NCBI RefSeq assembly: GCF_009914755.1
Contig: NC_060929.1
DNA length: 64,000 nucleotides
Direction: 5' to 3' (one strand)
From: the human T2T-CHM13v2.0 reference genome, Homo sapiens
A program made the translations under genes and the position numbers. The notes beneath the pieces are model-generated. The model saw only the letters and a program-made list of their open reading frames with translations, was not told the DNA's origin and ran no database searches. Positions 45,474 to 61,150 of this stretch are shown piece by piece; position 1 is the first letter of the stretch; every line of letters starts with the position of its first letter.

Positions 45474-48400
45474 ATATCTTCTTACTGTATTGAACATTTT
45501 ATTAATATGAATCTTTTTTGTCTCAATCTTTTTTATTTAAAGTAAAATAATTTGATGCTTTTTTAATTCATTGCTGTTGTCGTCATTAAAAGTTTAACTC
45601 ACTTATATTTGAAGCAATTACTTGTGAGCAAATTACATCTGTCATTTTGCTATTTGTTTTCTATATATATTATAGCTTTTTTATTCCTCATTTCCTGCAT
45701 TACTGTCTTCTTTTATATTTTGTTGATTTTTTGAAAAAAGTAAAACTTTTAAATTCCTTTCTCATTTCCTCTTGCATATATTCTGTGGCTCTCTTTTCAT
45801 GGTTACCATGGGGATTATATTTAGCATCCTTATTTTACAACACTCTAATTAGAATTTATACCAGCTTAACTTGAATGACATACAAAAACTCTGCTTACTT
45901 AATAGCTATATCTCTACTTCTTTCAGCTATTGATATTACAAAAATTATGTCTTTATGTATTGTATGTCCAGAAACATAAATTAATAATTATTTTTAACAC
46001 ATTAGTCTCAAATTTTGCAGAAAACCAATTTTGAAATTACAAACCAGGAAACAGTAATACCAGTTTTCAGATAAGTTTTTTTATTTTGTTTTTGTTTGAA
46101 CTTTTTTAGTTTCTTAAATTATGTTGAGGAAAAAAAGCGGAGTTACAATAGTATTAGCTTTTGTAATTGGTCTTGTACTTATCTTTGCCAAATCCTCATG
46201 TGTTTATACAGCTTCAAGTTACTGTCTAGTGTCATTTGACTTCAACATGCAGTATGCTTTTTGGTATTTCTTATTGGGCAGGTCTAGTAGTAACGTACTC
46301 CCCAGCTTTTGTTATCTGAGAATGCCTTAATTACTTCCACAATTTTTAGGAACAATTTGGCCAGATAATTCTTAGTTGGCACATTTTTTATTTTTATTTT
46401 TGTTTTTGGTACTTTGAATATATCAGCTCAGTGTCTTCTGGCCTCCAAGATTTCTGATGACACATCTTCTGATCAAATCTAAATCTAAATCTAAATATAT
46501 TATGATAATCTGCTGATCCCTGGTATGTGATGAGTCACTTCTGTTTTATTGCTTTCAAAATTCTCCTTGTCTTTTACGTTCAACAGTTTAATTATAATGT
46601 GTCTTGATGTGTTCTCTTTGAGTTTACTGGGAGTTTGTTAGGCTTCTTGAATGTTAACATTCATGTCTTCCATTCAATTTGAGAAGAGTCTAGCCATTAT
46701 TTCTTTAAATATTCTCCCCACTTCCTTCTTTTTTCTCTCTTTCTGGGACTCCATAATGTATATGTTCACTCACTTGATAGTATTCCCCAGGTTCCTTATA
46801 TTCTGTACACACTCCTTCATTTTTTTAATCCTCTTTTTCACCATCCTAGCTTCAGGTTTGCTGACTCCTTCTTCCTGCTTAAACTGCTTTTGAATCCCTC
46901 TAGTAAATATTTTACTTGTTATAATTTTGAGTTACAGAATTTTTTTGGTTTATTTTTAGAATTACTATCTCTATTTATATTTCTATTTTGTTCATATATT
47001 TCTTGACTTTCTTCACATCTTCTTTTAGTGTTTTGAGTATTTTTAAGATAGTTGTTTTAAGGCCTGTGTAGATCAGTCATCAGATATTTTTCAAGAACAG
47101 TTTCTGTTTTGTTGTTGTTGTTGTTGTTTCTTCTTTTAAATGGAACATACTTTTCCATTCCTTTGTATGCCTTGTGGTGGTGGTGTTGTTGTTGAAACCT
47201 GTACATTTAAATTTAATGATATAGTGACTAGAAATTAATTCTATTTCCTCCCCAGATTGTGCCATTTTTTTGTTTACGCTTTCTTGATTATCATAGGCTA
47301 TCTCTGCTGAGATTCAGCCAGTGGTGTAAATTCAAGGTCTTCTCAAGTATTTCTCTGAGACTGCACCTTCCACTGGGCAGGCATGGTGAGCTTGTCATTT
47401 TCCGTCATGTATATGATTGTTTTTGAAAGTCCTGCATGTCTATATCTGGCTCCCAAAGTGGGAGAAAGGGAAAAATGAATGGAGGAAGAAAGCACCAACC
47501 CATTACATCACCTGGAAATTACTTCACTCAGAGTAAGAGAGGCGTGCAATAATTGTGGGTGGGTATAAAAATAATGGTTTCTGCTTTTTTGTCTCTACCT
47601 CTGTGACCAGAAGCAGCAAGAATCATTGATCAGAGAACAGGTCCCAAAAATTTGTAGAAGAGGTTTCTTTTTTGGCTTCTGTAAGCTAGATGCAAGCTAC
47701 TCTAGGTGTGAGAAACATACGAACAACTAACTGCCTGACATGTGGCTGAGAGGAGGGGGATAGTTGGCTACCACTGTGCTAAGAACTAAAATTAACCACA
47801 ATTTACCATCCAAGGCTCCCCCTGGAAGTGGACAACCTTTAGTATATTCCAGAGTTCTAAAATAACAATATCAGACAAATTCTGCATGTGCAATTGTTTT
47901 CAAGGTAGGGAGACAGGTTTCTGATGCTTCCTACCTCATCACCTTCTCAGAAGTCTCTCTGGTCTAACTATATCACTACTCATCCAGGAAAAGTGCTGTA
48001 CTCCTCTGAGACTCAGTTTCATTGATTGTAAGAAATGATATAACCTCTGTATCAACTATTTTTGAAGGTTATATGAGATTGGGAATATAATGACCTATAA
48101 TAAATATCCAGTAAATGGTAGGATCATTTAAAAGTGCATAATAGATTACAGTGTTTGAACATTTGCCTACTCTTGCTATTAATTGATGGCATGGGATTTA
48201 ATGTTTTATTCAAACAAGGCAAAAAGCCAATAATCCTCAAAACATGGCTTTTTTTTGAGTTCTGAAATTGGAATATTGCCAGTTACTAACATTTCAAACT
48301 TTTTACTTCTTGATAAATGAAATTTAGAATTACAATGAGAAATGAACTAGTTAGTTGACAGCAAGATTAAGTCAACAAGATCACAGTAGAATTGTCTTAT

Positions 48401-50248
48401 TTCACAACACCTTACTTTACCTTTATTTCCTGGATCAGATTTTGGTTCAATTTAAGATTATACTATAAAATATCAAGATTTAACATATCTAATCTTTCAG
48501 TCATTTCATATCCTGTTGATCTCTATTATTCCTTTGTCAACATAGTTGAATTATCAAATGAAAAGTAAAATTGTGAAAATCAAGAATAGAATAGTGTTGG
48601 AATAATAGCTCCAAGGTTTTGTTGAACATGTTTTATTGAACCATGTTCTGGGAGAGAGACAAAAAGGAAATTCATAAGAAACCCAAAGTGTCTATACTGC
48701 CTTTGAAGTATTTTGTTGAAAAAAATGTTTAACACCTATATTACAAGAGGATCTATGATTATGAAAACATTTGATCACAAACATTGTGATTTAGGAATAT
48801 ATTTTTCTATGTGGCACATATTCAACTTCGCTTTACAAGTTCTTTTACTTATTTTTTCTTTAGTGTTTTTTTATTTGTTCTTCAAATAATATTATAATAA
48901 CTATTTTTATTCCATATGTTTTCTTTGATGCTGTATTTTTGCATAAAATTCTGCATATATTTATTGTAAGGTACCTTTGAAAAAGATCCTCATATCCAGA
49001 TTGGACAGCTATTTAATGAGTATAAAAGGCTGAATAAATCTGTATGTACGATTAAAATATGCTTGCATGATTTGTCTTTTTATCATATGATTCCTTGTTA
49101 TTTCAAATGTCCTCAACCTTATAATCAATACAAAGTTTATTTGAAATAACATCAGATAGAAAATGTACACAGAACTAATATTTTTCATAAAAAAGATGCT
49201 CATTTTTTTCAAAGCACATTCTAATTCATCTTATATTTATGTATTTATAAAGCTAAATTCACTGAACTACATGTAAATACTTTTAAATTATCACATTTAA
49301 AACTTTATTTGATAATGTAAATATCTAGCTGCTGTTTTAGTGAACAATTCACAATACCTTTTTGCTAATATTTTTTCATAAATAACTTACTTCATAAACA
49401 AACTTAATGTTTTCTTTCTCAGTGAAATTTGTTTCCTGCATTTTACATGCTATATTATTTCAAGAAATGTTTTCTATTTCAAATATATTATTTTCTCCCA
49501 AAATGAGCTATTTTCTACCTGAATGAGGATTTTTAGTTAACAGAAGTGACTTGCTGACAAGTCATTCCTTATTTTTCTTGTAACTGGACATATAACTGTT
49601 ATTGCCCAATGACCTGATCGTTATATACCTCTGACCACATAAACAATTCTGAATAACAGAAAATATGTTTTATTAGCATGAAAATGGTTACTTTGAGTAT
49701 ACCAATGGTTGGTTTAATAATAATCTAATCCTGAGAGTCTCATTTATGAGTGTTACATATCACTGATACAATAGCATTAGTTCAGGGACATTTGCCTCTA
49801 GTTGACTTCGCAATTTTGAAAAGTTTTAATTTTTAAATTTAAAAAATTAGAGAAAATGTATCTGTTACCAGAAGGCTTGAAATCTCAAAGTGTAACATTT
49901 GTATACACTCTAAACTATTTAAACTTTTCATGATTGTTGAGTTTAGAGCTGCAGAAAGAATATAGATATTTTAAAGCTGTACATCCCTCCATTTGTATTT
50001 ACTCACCATCTTCTATGTTTCAAACTCTGTACCTAGCACTACAGTGGAAAAAATGAAAGAGGAGACTTTCTTCACAGAGCCTGTAGGAAAATAGGCAAAA
50101 AGCAATTAAAATATAATGAAAATAAAGGGCTTTTACTGAAGAAGGACAATATACTAAGCCCAGTAAATGTCATTTTTTTTTATCTGGCTTTAATAGAGTA
50201 GAATTTTTCAGATAAAAATTGAACTGATATTTGGGATATTTACTAGAC

Positions 50249-50677
50249 CAGGGATTCCCCAACCCCCAGGCTATAGACTGGTACTGGTCTGTTAAAAACT
50301 GGGCTGCACAGCAGGAGGTGAGTGAGAGGGCAAAGCTTCATCTGTATTTACAGCTGCTCTCCATCCCTCATGTTACCACATGAGCTCCACATCCCATCAG
50401 ATCAGTGGGGGCAGTAGATTCTCATAGGAGCATAAACCCTCTTGTAAACTGGGCATGCAAGAGACCTAGGTTGCTCAGGGCTCCTACTGATTATTATAGT
50501 GAGTTGTATAATTATTCCATTATATATTACAATGTAATTATAATAGAAAAAAAGTGCACAATCAATGTAATGTTCTTGAAACATCCCCAAACCATCCCCC
50601 CTCTCCTCCAACCCATCCATGGAAAAATTGTCTTCCACGAAATTGGTCCCTGGTGCCAAAAAGTTGGAAGGCCATTG
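50249..50677 (+). mobile_element. MER1A (hAT-Charlie), internally deleted
   Basis: cagggattccccaaccccc...ccctggtgccaaaaagttggaaggccattg; 8-bp TSD tactagac/taccagac. Confidence 0.92.
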
Positions 50678-53262
50678 TACCAGACCACACACATCTATTT
50701 CCTCTGCATCCATCATATGGGGCTCTCCATACTCTAAAGATAATTTCTAGCTGTCATCTTTTAATCAGCCATGGGAAAAGAAGAGCACTATTAACTCTAG
50801 TTAGTTTTTCTCAAATGGAGCACAGAACTGCCACTAATTTATACAAATAAATGGCTGAGTTGAGTGCATCTTTTTGATAGTTTCCCCAAAGTTTTATTGG
50901 TCCAAAGTAGCTAGCTCACTCCCTAGGCACAGCACTTAAATGTCCTCTCTCAGCAGGTGTCACTGGGTCAAATAACACCTGCCTCATGCAAGAGGATTGT
51001 CATAGCTAAGTACGTGGAGTTAAAAGTGATAGCTAGGAAATCTCTGTTTAATTCATATCTTAACTGGAAGAAGAATTGATCAGCTGTCTATAACCATTAA
51101 TAGGTGATCATGAGTTGGTCTACATATTAATATAATAACCATGTTAATAAATGAATGTTGTATGCATACTGAATACACTGTTAGAGATCCACAGCAATAC
51201 TTTGAAAAGATGCAGAAAAAGTGTAGAAAAAGATTGTGAGACCAGAGAATGGAAAGGGGCAACAGGACACCTGAAATATGAATGCTAAAAAGAGGGTAAT
51301 AAGGAATCAAAAGTTGAGGTGGGGATAAATGCTAACAATAAACTTCAATTCTTGCTGAAACTAGCATATGCTTACGGTGAAGATAAAACTTGGAAGGGTG
51401 AAAATAAAAGAAACAAATCGGTCAGAAATTATAGTTTTATATTTTCTAAATCACATTGATTATTTGATTTGAAGTATATAAAAATGGCTTTAATATGTCA
51501 TTTGTAGTGAATGAAAAAGAATGTCTCCTACTAGGAATCTTGAGGGGTACTGTGACATTCTAGAGTAACCCAATTGATAAGCTTGGCTTAAGGTCTGTGA
51601 GGCATACATCTGAATTTCGAATGGAATGGCAAAAGCAATTACCTTACCTTACAAAAGAAAAGCAACAAAAGCAAAAATACATTCATTCAAAATCCAAATG
51701 CTTTTTTATCATTGAGATGTTTGTGCTGAGATTTAAAATATGAATTTTCCGCATATATTTATTCCCAGCAATATTAAATACAAATAAATATATATTTATA
51801 ATATACATATATATTGCACAGAATGTCTACCACAGCTTATGAATTTTCTCTAAAAATTGATCTGAAAACAATTGTGTATATTATTTATACTTAGCACATT
51901 TTTATGAATATTACAATTTTTGGTGTTTCTTTTCCACAACAATGAGAGCTAATCACGATTTATCTCAGATACTAGGCTGAAACATGAATATATGGGAAGT
52001 ATAAAAGTCAAGCTGACCATTCTATCCTCTATGCCTTACTTTAGCATAAAGGCAGGTCACTTGAATTTTATCAGATTGGCTGACCACAAAAGTGGCTTCA
52101 GAGAATACAATGTGCCTTGCTTTAAGCTTTTGTAAATGATTGTTATAAAAGTGGATATTAAAATCTACATTTAAATACGTCCTCAAAGACTCTGCCAGTT
52201 ACATTTGCCATTGTCTCATCTTCTTGACTCAGTTTCAAGAACTGTAAAACTGATAAGATTTACATGGAATACATCATAGAAAGACTTTAGAATAAGGAAT
52301 ATGTTAAGAACTCAATATACTTTAGATATCACTAATTATTTTAGGTAAAATAATTTAATTATTAAATTAAAATTAAATAATTTAATTGTAAGTAAAATAA
52401 TTATTTTAGGTAAAATAATATTTTAGGTATTGACATCTAATATACTTTAGATATCAATAATTATTTTTATCTTTAATTATTTTAAATATGTAGTTTTTAC
52501 CGTATAATAATCCTTTGTGTTCTATGAATAATGTGAATTAATTTTATTTCTTTTAAAAATTGATGCATGTTTAATTTTTTAGTAATGTCCCATATTGGGC
52601 GTAAATTATCACATTTGGGGTGGCGACTACAATGTTTTCCATGATTTTCAGCTTTCTCACTTCTGTGCATGTAGGTGTGTTTCTTTGCTATGAATTTATC
52701 TTCCCTGAATTACATCTTCCCCAGGAGGTGAATTCAGCATATACCATGGGTAGTGGTGGTTTATATTCTGCTTGTGTATAGTGTTTGTGTTTGTTATTTT
52801 GTCCTGATCTTCAAGTATTCTCCGGCCTTGAATCAGTTTTTCCATTGGATCAGGAATACAACTCATGCCTGTAATGAGCAACACAATTTATATTTTTCTG
52901 CAAAGAAGTCTAATGTTTAAAGAATTAGTAGAATCCCCACTTGTGCATATCCTCTCTCTGGTCTGCAATGAATACAGAGTAAATCATCTTTGGTACTCTA
53001 GGGTGGTGGCCCCAGCCCCTGTCTAACAATGTCTTTGAAACCACAATTCCTAATGTCCACATTTGAGGTCTACACCACATTTATTTTACAACTTTTTTTC
53101 TCCAATGTTGTTATTATAAGTTTCATCTCAATTTTGTTCTGGAGATTTCCCTTTTCAAGTGGGAATTTAGTTTAAAGTGCTTTAACATGTATCCCACCTA
53201 CATTAATGTGTTTGAGGCAGTAAAAAGTGGGTAGATCCCAATATGTGCTCAGTCTTCTCTCT

Positions 53263-53929
53263 CTTTCTTTTTCTTTAATTAACGGATTTTTACTGTATAT
53301 ATTTAAGAGCTACAACATGACGTTTTGATATATGTATATATATGGAAGTAATTGCTACAGGTAAGCAAACTCATATATCCAACACTTCCTATAGTTATCT
53401 CCTTGATTTTTCCCATTTTTTTTTTTTTTGGCGGTAACAGTACCTAAAATCTACTCTCTTAGCAAATATTCAAAATACAGGAAATTACCATAAATTATAG
53501 TCTTCCTGACTGAATTACATCTCTAGACTTATTCATCCTATATAACTGCAAGTTTTTTTACTCTTTGACCTACATCTTGCAGCAATCTCTCTGCTGAGAG
53601 ATGAAATCAGCAACTCAGAGAGATGTCTGATAGCCAAGACATGAAAAAAACCTAAGTGTCTGTCAACAGATGAATGAATAAAGAAATATATATATCATGG
53701 AATAACATTGTGGAATATTACTCAACCTTATTAAAGGAGATACTGCCATTTGTGGCAACATGGATGAATCTGGAAGACATAGTGCTTAGTAAAATTCACC
53801 AGAAGAAGAAAGAAAAATATCACACAATCCTCCTTGTATATAGAAACTTAAAAAGGCTCTCAAATACATAGAAGCAAAGAGTGGAATAGTGATTTTCAGG
53901 AATGCAGAGGAAGAGAAAATGGGAAAATA
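53263..53929 (-). mobile_element. L1MA7/8-like 3' end with inverted 5' segment (53580-53929 on + strand)
   Basis: Antisense 3'UTR 53263-53577, then sense ORF2 end (EILPFVATWMNLEDIVLS); TSD agtcttctctct/agtctactctct. Confidence 0.85.
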
Positions 53930-54234
53930 AGTCTACTCTCTTGACCCAAAAGTTGATAGCTAAGATGCTTTATTTTGTGTTTAAGGACCAGGCACATCAA
54001 GAACTGATGTGGCCTATGGCTAGCAAAATAAAAGCTCCATTAGGATGGAAATTCTAGAAACTGTAAAATTTATCCCAATGTTATTGACTGTTGAAAAAGT
54101 GTTAGTTTAATAGCAAGAAATAGACAGAACTATACTTTAAAAGAACAAGGCAATCGAATTATGCCTCTTTAGTGCTCCATGGCTAGTCACTTTAGTATTG
54201 CCACATCTTGATGATGATGATAATGATATCGGTA

Positions 54235-54481
54235 ACAAAAAATCGAACACAGTGCTGATTACGTGCCACATACTCTTCTGATTGCTTCACATTTATTATC
54301 TCCTTTAATTCTCACAACCATTATTTGAGGACTTACTTTCATTATCCTCATCCAGCAGATGAATAAATTTAGTGCAGAGAGTTTAGTAATTTGCCTGAGG
54401 TCACACAGTCATATGTTGAGTATCTAGGATTGAAATTAGGCAGCGTGGATTAAAAATTTATGATGCTATCCTTTATGCTAT
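54235..54481 (-). mobile_element. MIR (MIRb-like)
   Basis: tttaattctcacaacc...cagatgaataaatttag...aatttgcctgaggtcacacag. Confidence 0.85.
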
Positions 54482-54667
54482 AATTTATGTTAGCATTGAG
54501 TGATATTAAAATAATATTCATTCTTTGCATACATTGAGAGGAGTAAACCAGACTCCTATTCCAAGACCCAGATAATGCATACTTCAGCATCAAGCTTCAT
54601 TATCACATGCCTGTTGAAAGTCATAAGACTGAAGTTAGTACTACCTTTAAATTAAGATGAGGTATAG

Positions 54668-55173
54668 CAGGGGTCCCCAGCCCCTGGCCTGTGGCCTGTT
54701 AGGAACTGGCCCAGACAGCAGGCGGTGAGCAGTGAGCAAGTGAATGAAGCTTCATCTTTATTTACAGACACTCTCCATCACTGGCATTAATGCCTGGGCT
54801 CCACTTCCTGTCATATCAGTGGCAGCATTAGATTCTATAGCATTGTAAACCCTATTATGAACTGCACATGCGAGGGATCTAGGTAGCACCCTCCTTATGA
54901 GAATCTAATGCCTAATGATCTGTCACTGCCTCCCATCACTCCCAGATGGGACAGTCTAGTTGCAGGAAAACAAGCTCAGGGCTCCCCTTATTCTACATTA
55001 TGGTGAGTTATATAATCATTTTATTATATATTACAATGTAATAATAATAGAAATAAAGTTCACAATCAATGTAATGTGCTTGATCATCCTGAAACCACCC
55101 CCAACCCTGGGTCTGTGGAAAAATTGTCTTTCTCAAAACCGATCCCTGGTACCAAAAAGGTTGGGAACCACTG
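54668..55173 (+). mobile_element. MER1A (hAT-Charlie), full length
   Basis: caggggtccccagcccct...ccctggtaccaaaaaggttgggaaccactg; homologous to 50249-50677. Confidence 0.94.
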
Positions 55174-55839
55174 CTGTATAATATACATACACAGAATATT
55201 TATATAACCATTAATGAACTTATAATTTAATTTTCATAGATATTTCTGAGTACCAATAGAATGGAAATAGTATTACTCACTTGAAAAATATGTTTTATTG
55301 AGCAAAAAAATTATAATAGAAACATTAGGAGGAAAAGATGCTGTTTATCTGAGCTGCTTGGGGCAATTTTTAGCCTTTTGTAAAAATAAGTGACATTAAA
55401 CCCACCCAGTTGTCAGATTGCCATCCCATGGTGAATATTCTGACTGTGAGAGTTTTCAAAGAATCAGGCAAACCACAGTAGCATTCAGATGTAGGCGTTA
55501 CTGTCCACCAGAGTAGGTTAGCATCCTTTATGTTTGCCTGACATAAATCTTTGTGCAATAACAAATGAACCTCTATTCCTGCTGTTTTTAAAATGCAAGC
55601 TTTGTTCATTTTTGCTATTTCTAAAGCAGATGTATCACATGAGGGGGTGGGGAAAGAAGGTTAGAATTCAGAAAACATTCTTAGAGTGAATATTGTTCAC
55701 CCAGAGACAGACACCACAACTATATTGCATCAGTAACTCCAGTAACCTTGACTTTTTAATCAGATTCCCAACTCAGAATATGGGACAAATTTTGATCATC
55801 TAGTTTAAAATATCTCTCTAATTAAATATCATAAAGTAG

Positions 55840-57560
<1,721 letters not shown>

Positions 57561-57697
57561 CTCTGTAAGCAGACACTTAAAAATATAAAGCTATATATAT
57601 GCTCATGTATATACTGATTTGTATTTCATTTTATACGTGTACATGTATGTATACACAGTTATGTATGTATATGTGTATATGTGTGTGTATGTGTATT

Positions 57698-58333
57698 TAT
57701 AGGAATAGATTAACTCAGTGGACTTTTGTGGTGCTCAAATTCTGGACATGCCAAAGAAAGGACTCACTTTTGACAGGTTTCTGAGAGGTAGCCTATAAAC
57801 TGTAAACTGTTGGAATATTCTGCCTGTTATGAGTGTCTTTGAAGAGTATTGTTAAATACCTGAGGCCTTGGGCCGTGCAAGCTAGTTTATTGTAGCAATG
57901 TGATTTATGGCAAATGCATGTTTTTGTTCACCTGGGGTCCCGGGCCATGCTGCATCAGTTAGACCTCTTGGTTGGGGAAAATGAAGAACTAGACACTGAG
58001 TAGTTAAGGTCAGTCATGTGGGTCCTCCATGCCTCCTGACTGACCTCAAACAAAAATACAGGACACCAAGGCTCCGGTGAGCAACTCAGGTGGCAATACT
58101 ACATTACTGCTGGGAGAATTAAGTGCTGCCTCTGTGTCTCCATGGGGATGGGAGAAATGGAAACACATGCCTCGTTTCTCCCCATATCCTATATGCCTTT
58201 CATTTTCCCTGATATTAATCTATTTCCTCTCACTGTAATGAATTATAAACAGTAGCATAACTGCTTTTCTAGCTGCTGTCATTCATTCTAATAAATTGTT
58301 AACCTGCATTTAATTTGGGGAACCTCTGATACA
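57698..58333 (+). mobile_element. ERVL-type solo LTR, MER77-like (MER21/68/77 group)
   Basis: ggaatagattaactcag...ccaaagaaaggact...ggacaccaaggctccggtgagc...gggggaacctctgataca. Confidence 0.75.
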
Positions 58334-58638
58334 ACCTATGATGTTGTTCAGTATATATTTATCTCCTTCATTTTCCTATTAGCTTTTTTCTCTTTCTTCT
58401 CCCTCTATTGTCTCTTTTCCATCACTCTATTTTAATCAGAAGGATTATTGTTCTTTGTGCTTTTCTTCATACTTTTAAATGTACATATAACATTTGACTT
58501 CACTAGTCATATTTTCATGATTCCTTATGGCTCCCATTACAAAAGAAACAGTAAGCAAGCTGATTTTATGGTCTATCTTCCATTTCTCTTATGTTCTACT
58601 GTTTTCCAGCATGACTTAGACATTGGCTGAGAAGCAAT

Positions 58639-58676
58639 ACACACAGACACACACACACAGACACACACACACACAA
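58639..58676. repeat. (CA)n microsatellite, interrupted
   Basis: Direct reading. Confidence 0.9.
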
Positions 58677-59299
58677 GCATGCTATTCTGTTACACTTGCA
58701 CCAACTGGGATTTCATCTTAGCTGTGCAATTAAGTGTACCAAAGTTTACTTCTGATATTTTGCTGAAGCTTCACAGGTTACCTTTATGTGGAGACAGTTA
58801 AAATTTCAAATGATTTCCTTAAGAATAAGTTAGGGAAAAAATGTTCCTTGGTATAGTTTTTCAGAACTGTCGAATTTATATTTGTAAAATAGCTTGTTGT
58901 GATAAAAAAAATTCTCACCTTCCACATTTTTCCATGGAATATTATGAAGTTATTGCAGAGTTTTCTTTTGATATCATTGTATTTGTATAAAATTTGATAG
59001 CCTGATTTTTTCCACTTAAAAATAATTAGGTTACTTTGCTTGACTAACTGAAGATGGCTTATTTACTTTTAACATCCATAAACAAATTAAATAAGATATT
59101 CTTAATGTGGACAATTATCTTTCATTCATAATAGTTCCACTGAATGTGTATGTGTAGGTACATAATTGGAATTTCCAAAGAAGAAGACCAAGAAATAAAA
59201 CAGAACAAAATTTGAAATAAAATTTACGGACATTTTCCTGTTGTTATTAGGCAAGTAAAACTATTCTAAATCTATACTTTTTGCTTAGATTTCTTTTAA

Positions 59300-59977
59300 A
59301 TATATTATACTTTAAGTTCTAGGGTACATGTGCACAACGTGCAGGTTTGTTACATATGTATGCATGTGCCATGTTGGTGTGCTGCACCCTTTAACTCGTC
59401 ATTTACATTAGGTATATCTCCTAATGCTATCCCTCCCTCCTCCCCCCACCCCACAACAGGCCCCGGTGTGTGATGTTCCCCCTTCAAGTGTCCGAGTGTT
59501 CTCATTGTTCAATTCCCACCTATGAGTGAGAACATGTGGTGTTTGGTTTTTTGTCCTTGCGATAGTTTGCTGAGAATGATGGTTTCCAGCTTCATCCATG
59601 TCCCTACAAAGGACATGAACTCATCCTTTTTTATGGCTGCATAGTATTCCATGGTGTATGTGTGCCACATTTTCTTAATCCAGTCTATCGTTGTTGGACA
59701 TTTGGGTTGGTTCCAAGTCTTTGCTATTGTGAATAGTGCCGCAATAAACATACGTGTGCATGTGTCTTTATAGCAGCATGATTTATAATCCTTTGGGTAC
59801 ATACCCAGTAATGGGATTGCTGAGTCAAATGGTATTTCTAGTTCTAGATCCCTGAGGAATTGCCACACTGTCTTCCACAATGGTTGAACTAGTTTACAGT
59901 CCCACCAACAGTGTAAAAGTGTTCCTATTTCTCCACATCCTCTCCAGCACCTGTTGTTTCCTGACTTTTTAATGATC
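59300..59977 (-). mobile_element. L1PA4-like 3' end, 5'-truncated
   Basis: ORF 59509-60063 carries the ORF2 C-terminal cysteine-rich region ([18 protein letters not shown]...); 3'UTR follows. Confidence 0.95.
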
Positions 59978-60885
59978 AAAAAGATATAATCTGAAAACTT
60001 GGCATTTTGTGCTATTTTTACCTTTTCTTTTATATTTTCTTTTCCTTCCCTTTTCATCTTCATTGTATTGCCTCTTCTTCCTCCTCAACATCCTTATCTT
60101 CCTCTCCTTGTTTTGCTTCTTATTCTATGTCTATACTGCCAGTCCATTCATTTAGAGATTACATTTTAAATAGATGAAATATAAACCTCTTTATAACAAT
60201 TGGCAATAGTAATTAATAAAGATGATCAATAAAACATGTTATTGAGATTTATTAGGAAGTGGGAAACATGAAAATTTGCAAAATCTGATTGACGTTTTAC
60301 TTATTGATATAAAAAATAATTTACATATATTTATGTGTTAAGATAGATTACTCAACTAGTGTTTCTCAAATCTTCCTTAATAATAAAAAATATTTAACTA
60401 ATGATGTACAATTCATTATAAAGCCACACAGTTTTATGTGATCGCAAGCATGTCTAGCTGCTCACCTATTCGTGTCTCAATATCAACAAAAGAAATTGTC
60501 ATGTGGTAATACTAAATTTTGCTGTGTCTCTGATAAACCTGGTTGTAAGGTATTTGCATTTTAATTCTATAAGATGTATTGTGGAAAGTGTATTTTGACA
60601 CAATGAAAATAAAAATGTGAAAAAATAAATTTCAGTTGAAATAAAGAGAAATATTCAATTTAATATGTAAAACATGCCCCCGTGACAAGTAATAAGTAAA
60701 TGGTATCATCCATGCTCTAGAATAGAACTCTTACGGTATTCCAAATAATTAACAGCAATGATATAATATGCCCATTGCACCGAATAGGCATTCAGTGAGC
60801 TTATGCATGATCTCTATAATGTCAATAGCTGCGACATACACACTTGTGACAGTGTAGTAACATTAAAAGTACTGATAAATGTTTC

Positions 60886-61150
60886 ATGTGTTAGTATTAT
60901 TTCTGTGGCTTGTGATAGAAAAGTAATTTCAAGTGACTTAAGTAAAATTGAAAGCCTAGTGGTTTATGAATCTGAGACTTCCAGAGGTGTCTCTGATATC
61001 AAGCATGCATGCAGGATTCCGGATGTCAGAAGTGTCCTCAAGAAACTATGTTTTGTACCCTTTAGCTCTGTTTCCATGTGTGTTGGCTTCAGTATCAGGT
61101 AAACAAAGTCCATACTGTAGAAAAGATTACACCAGTGGCTCCAAGAAAAG
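60886..61150 (-). mobile_element. Old MLT1 (K/L-like) LTR fragment
   Basis: tgtgttagt...gcttgtgatagaaaa...tcaagtgacttaagtaaaa...gctctgtttccatgtgtgttggcttca. Confidence 0.6.

Noticed and set aside
59509-60063. 184-aa ORF with Cys-rich motif
   Set aside because: It is the L1 ORF2 C-terminus of a truncated element fused by chance to flanking sequence, not a gene.
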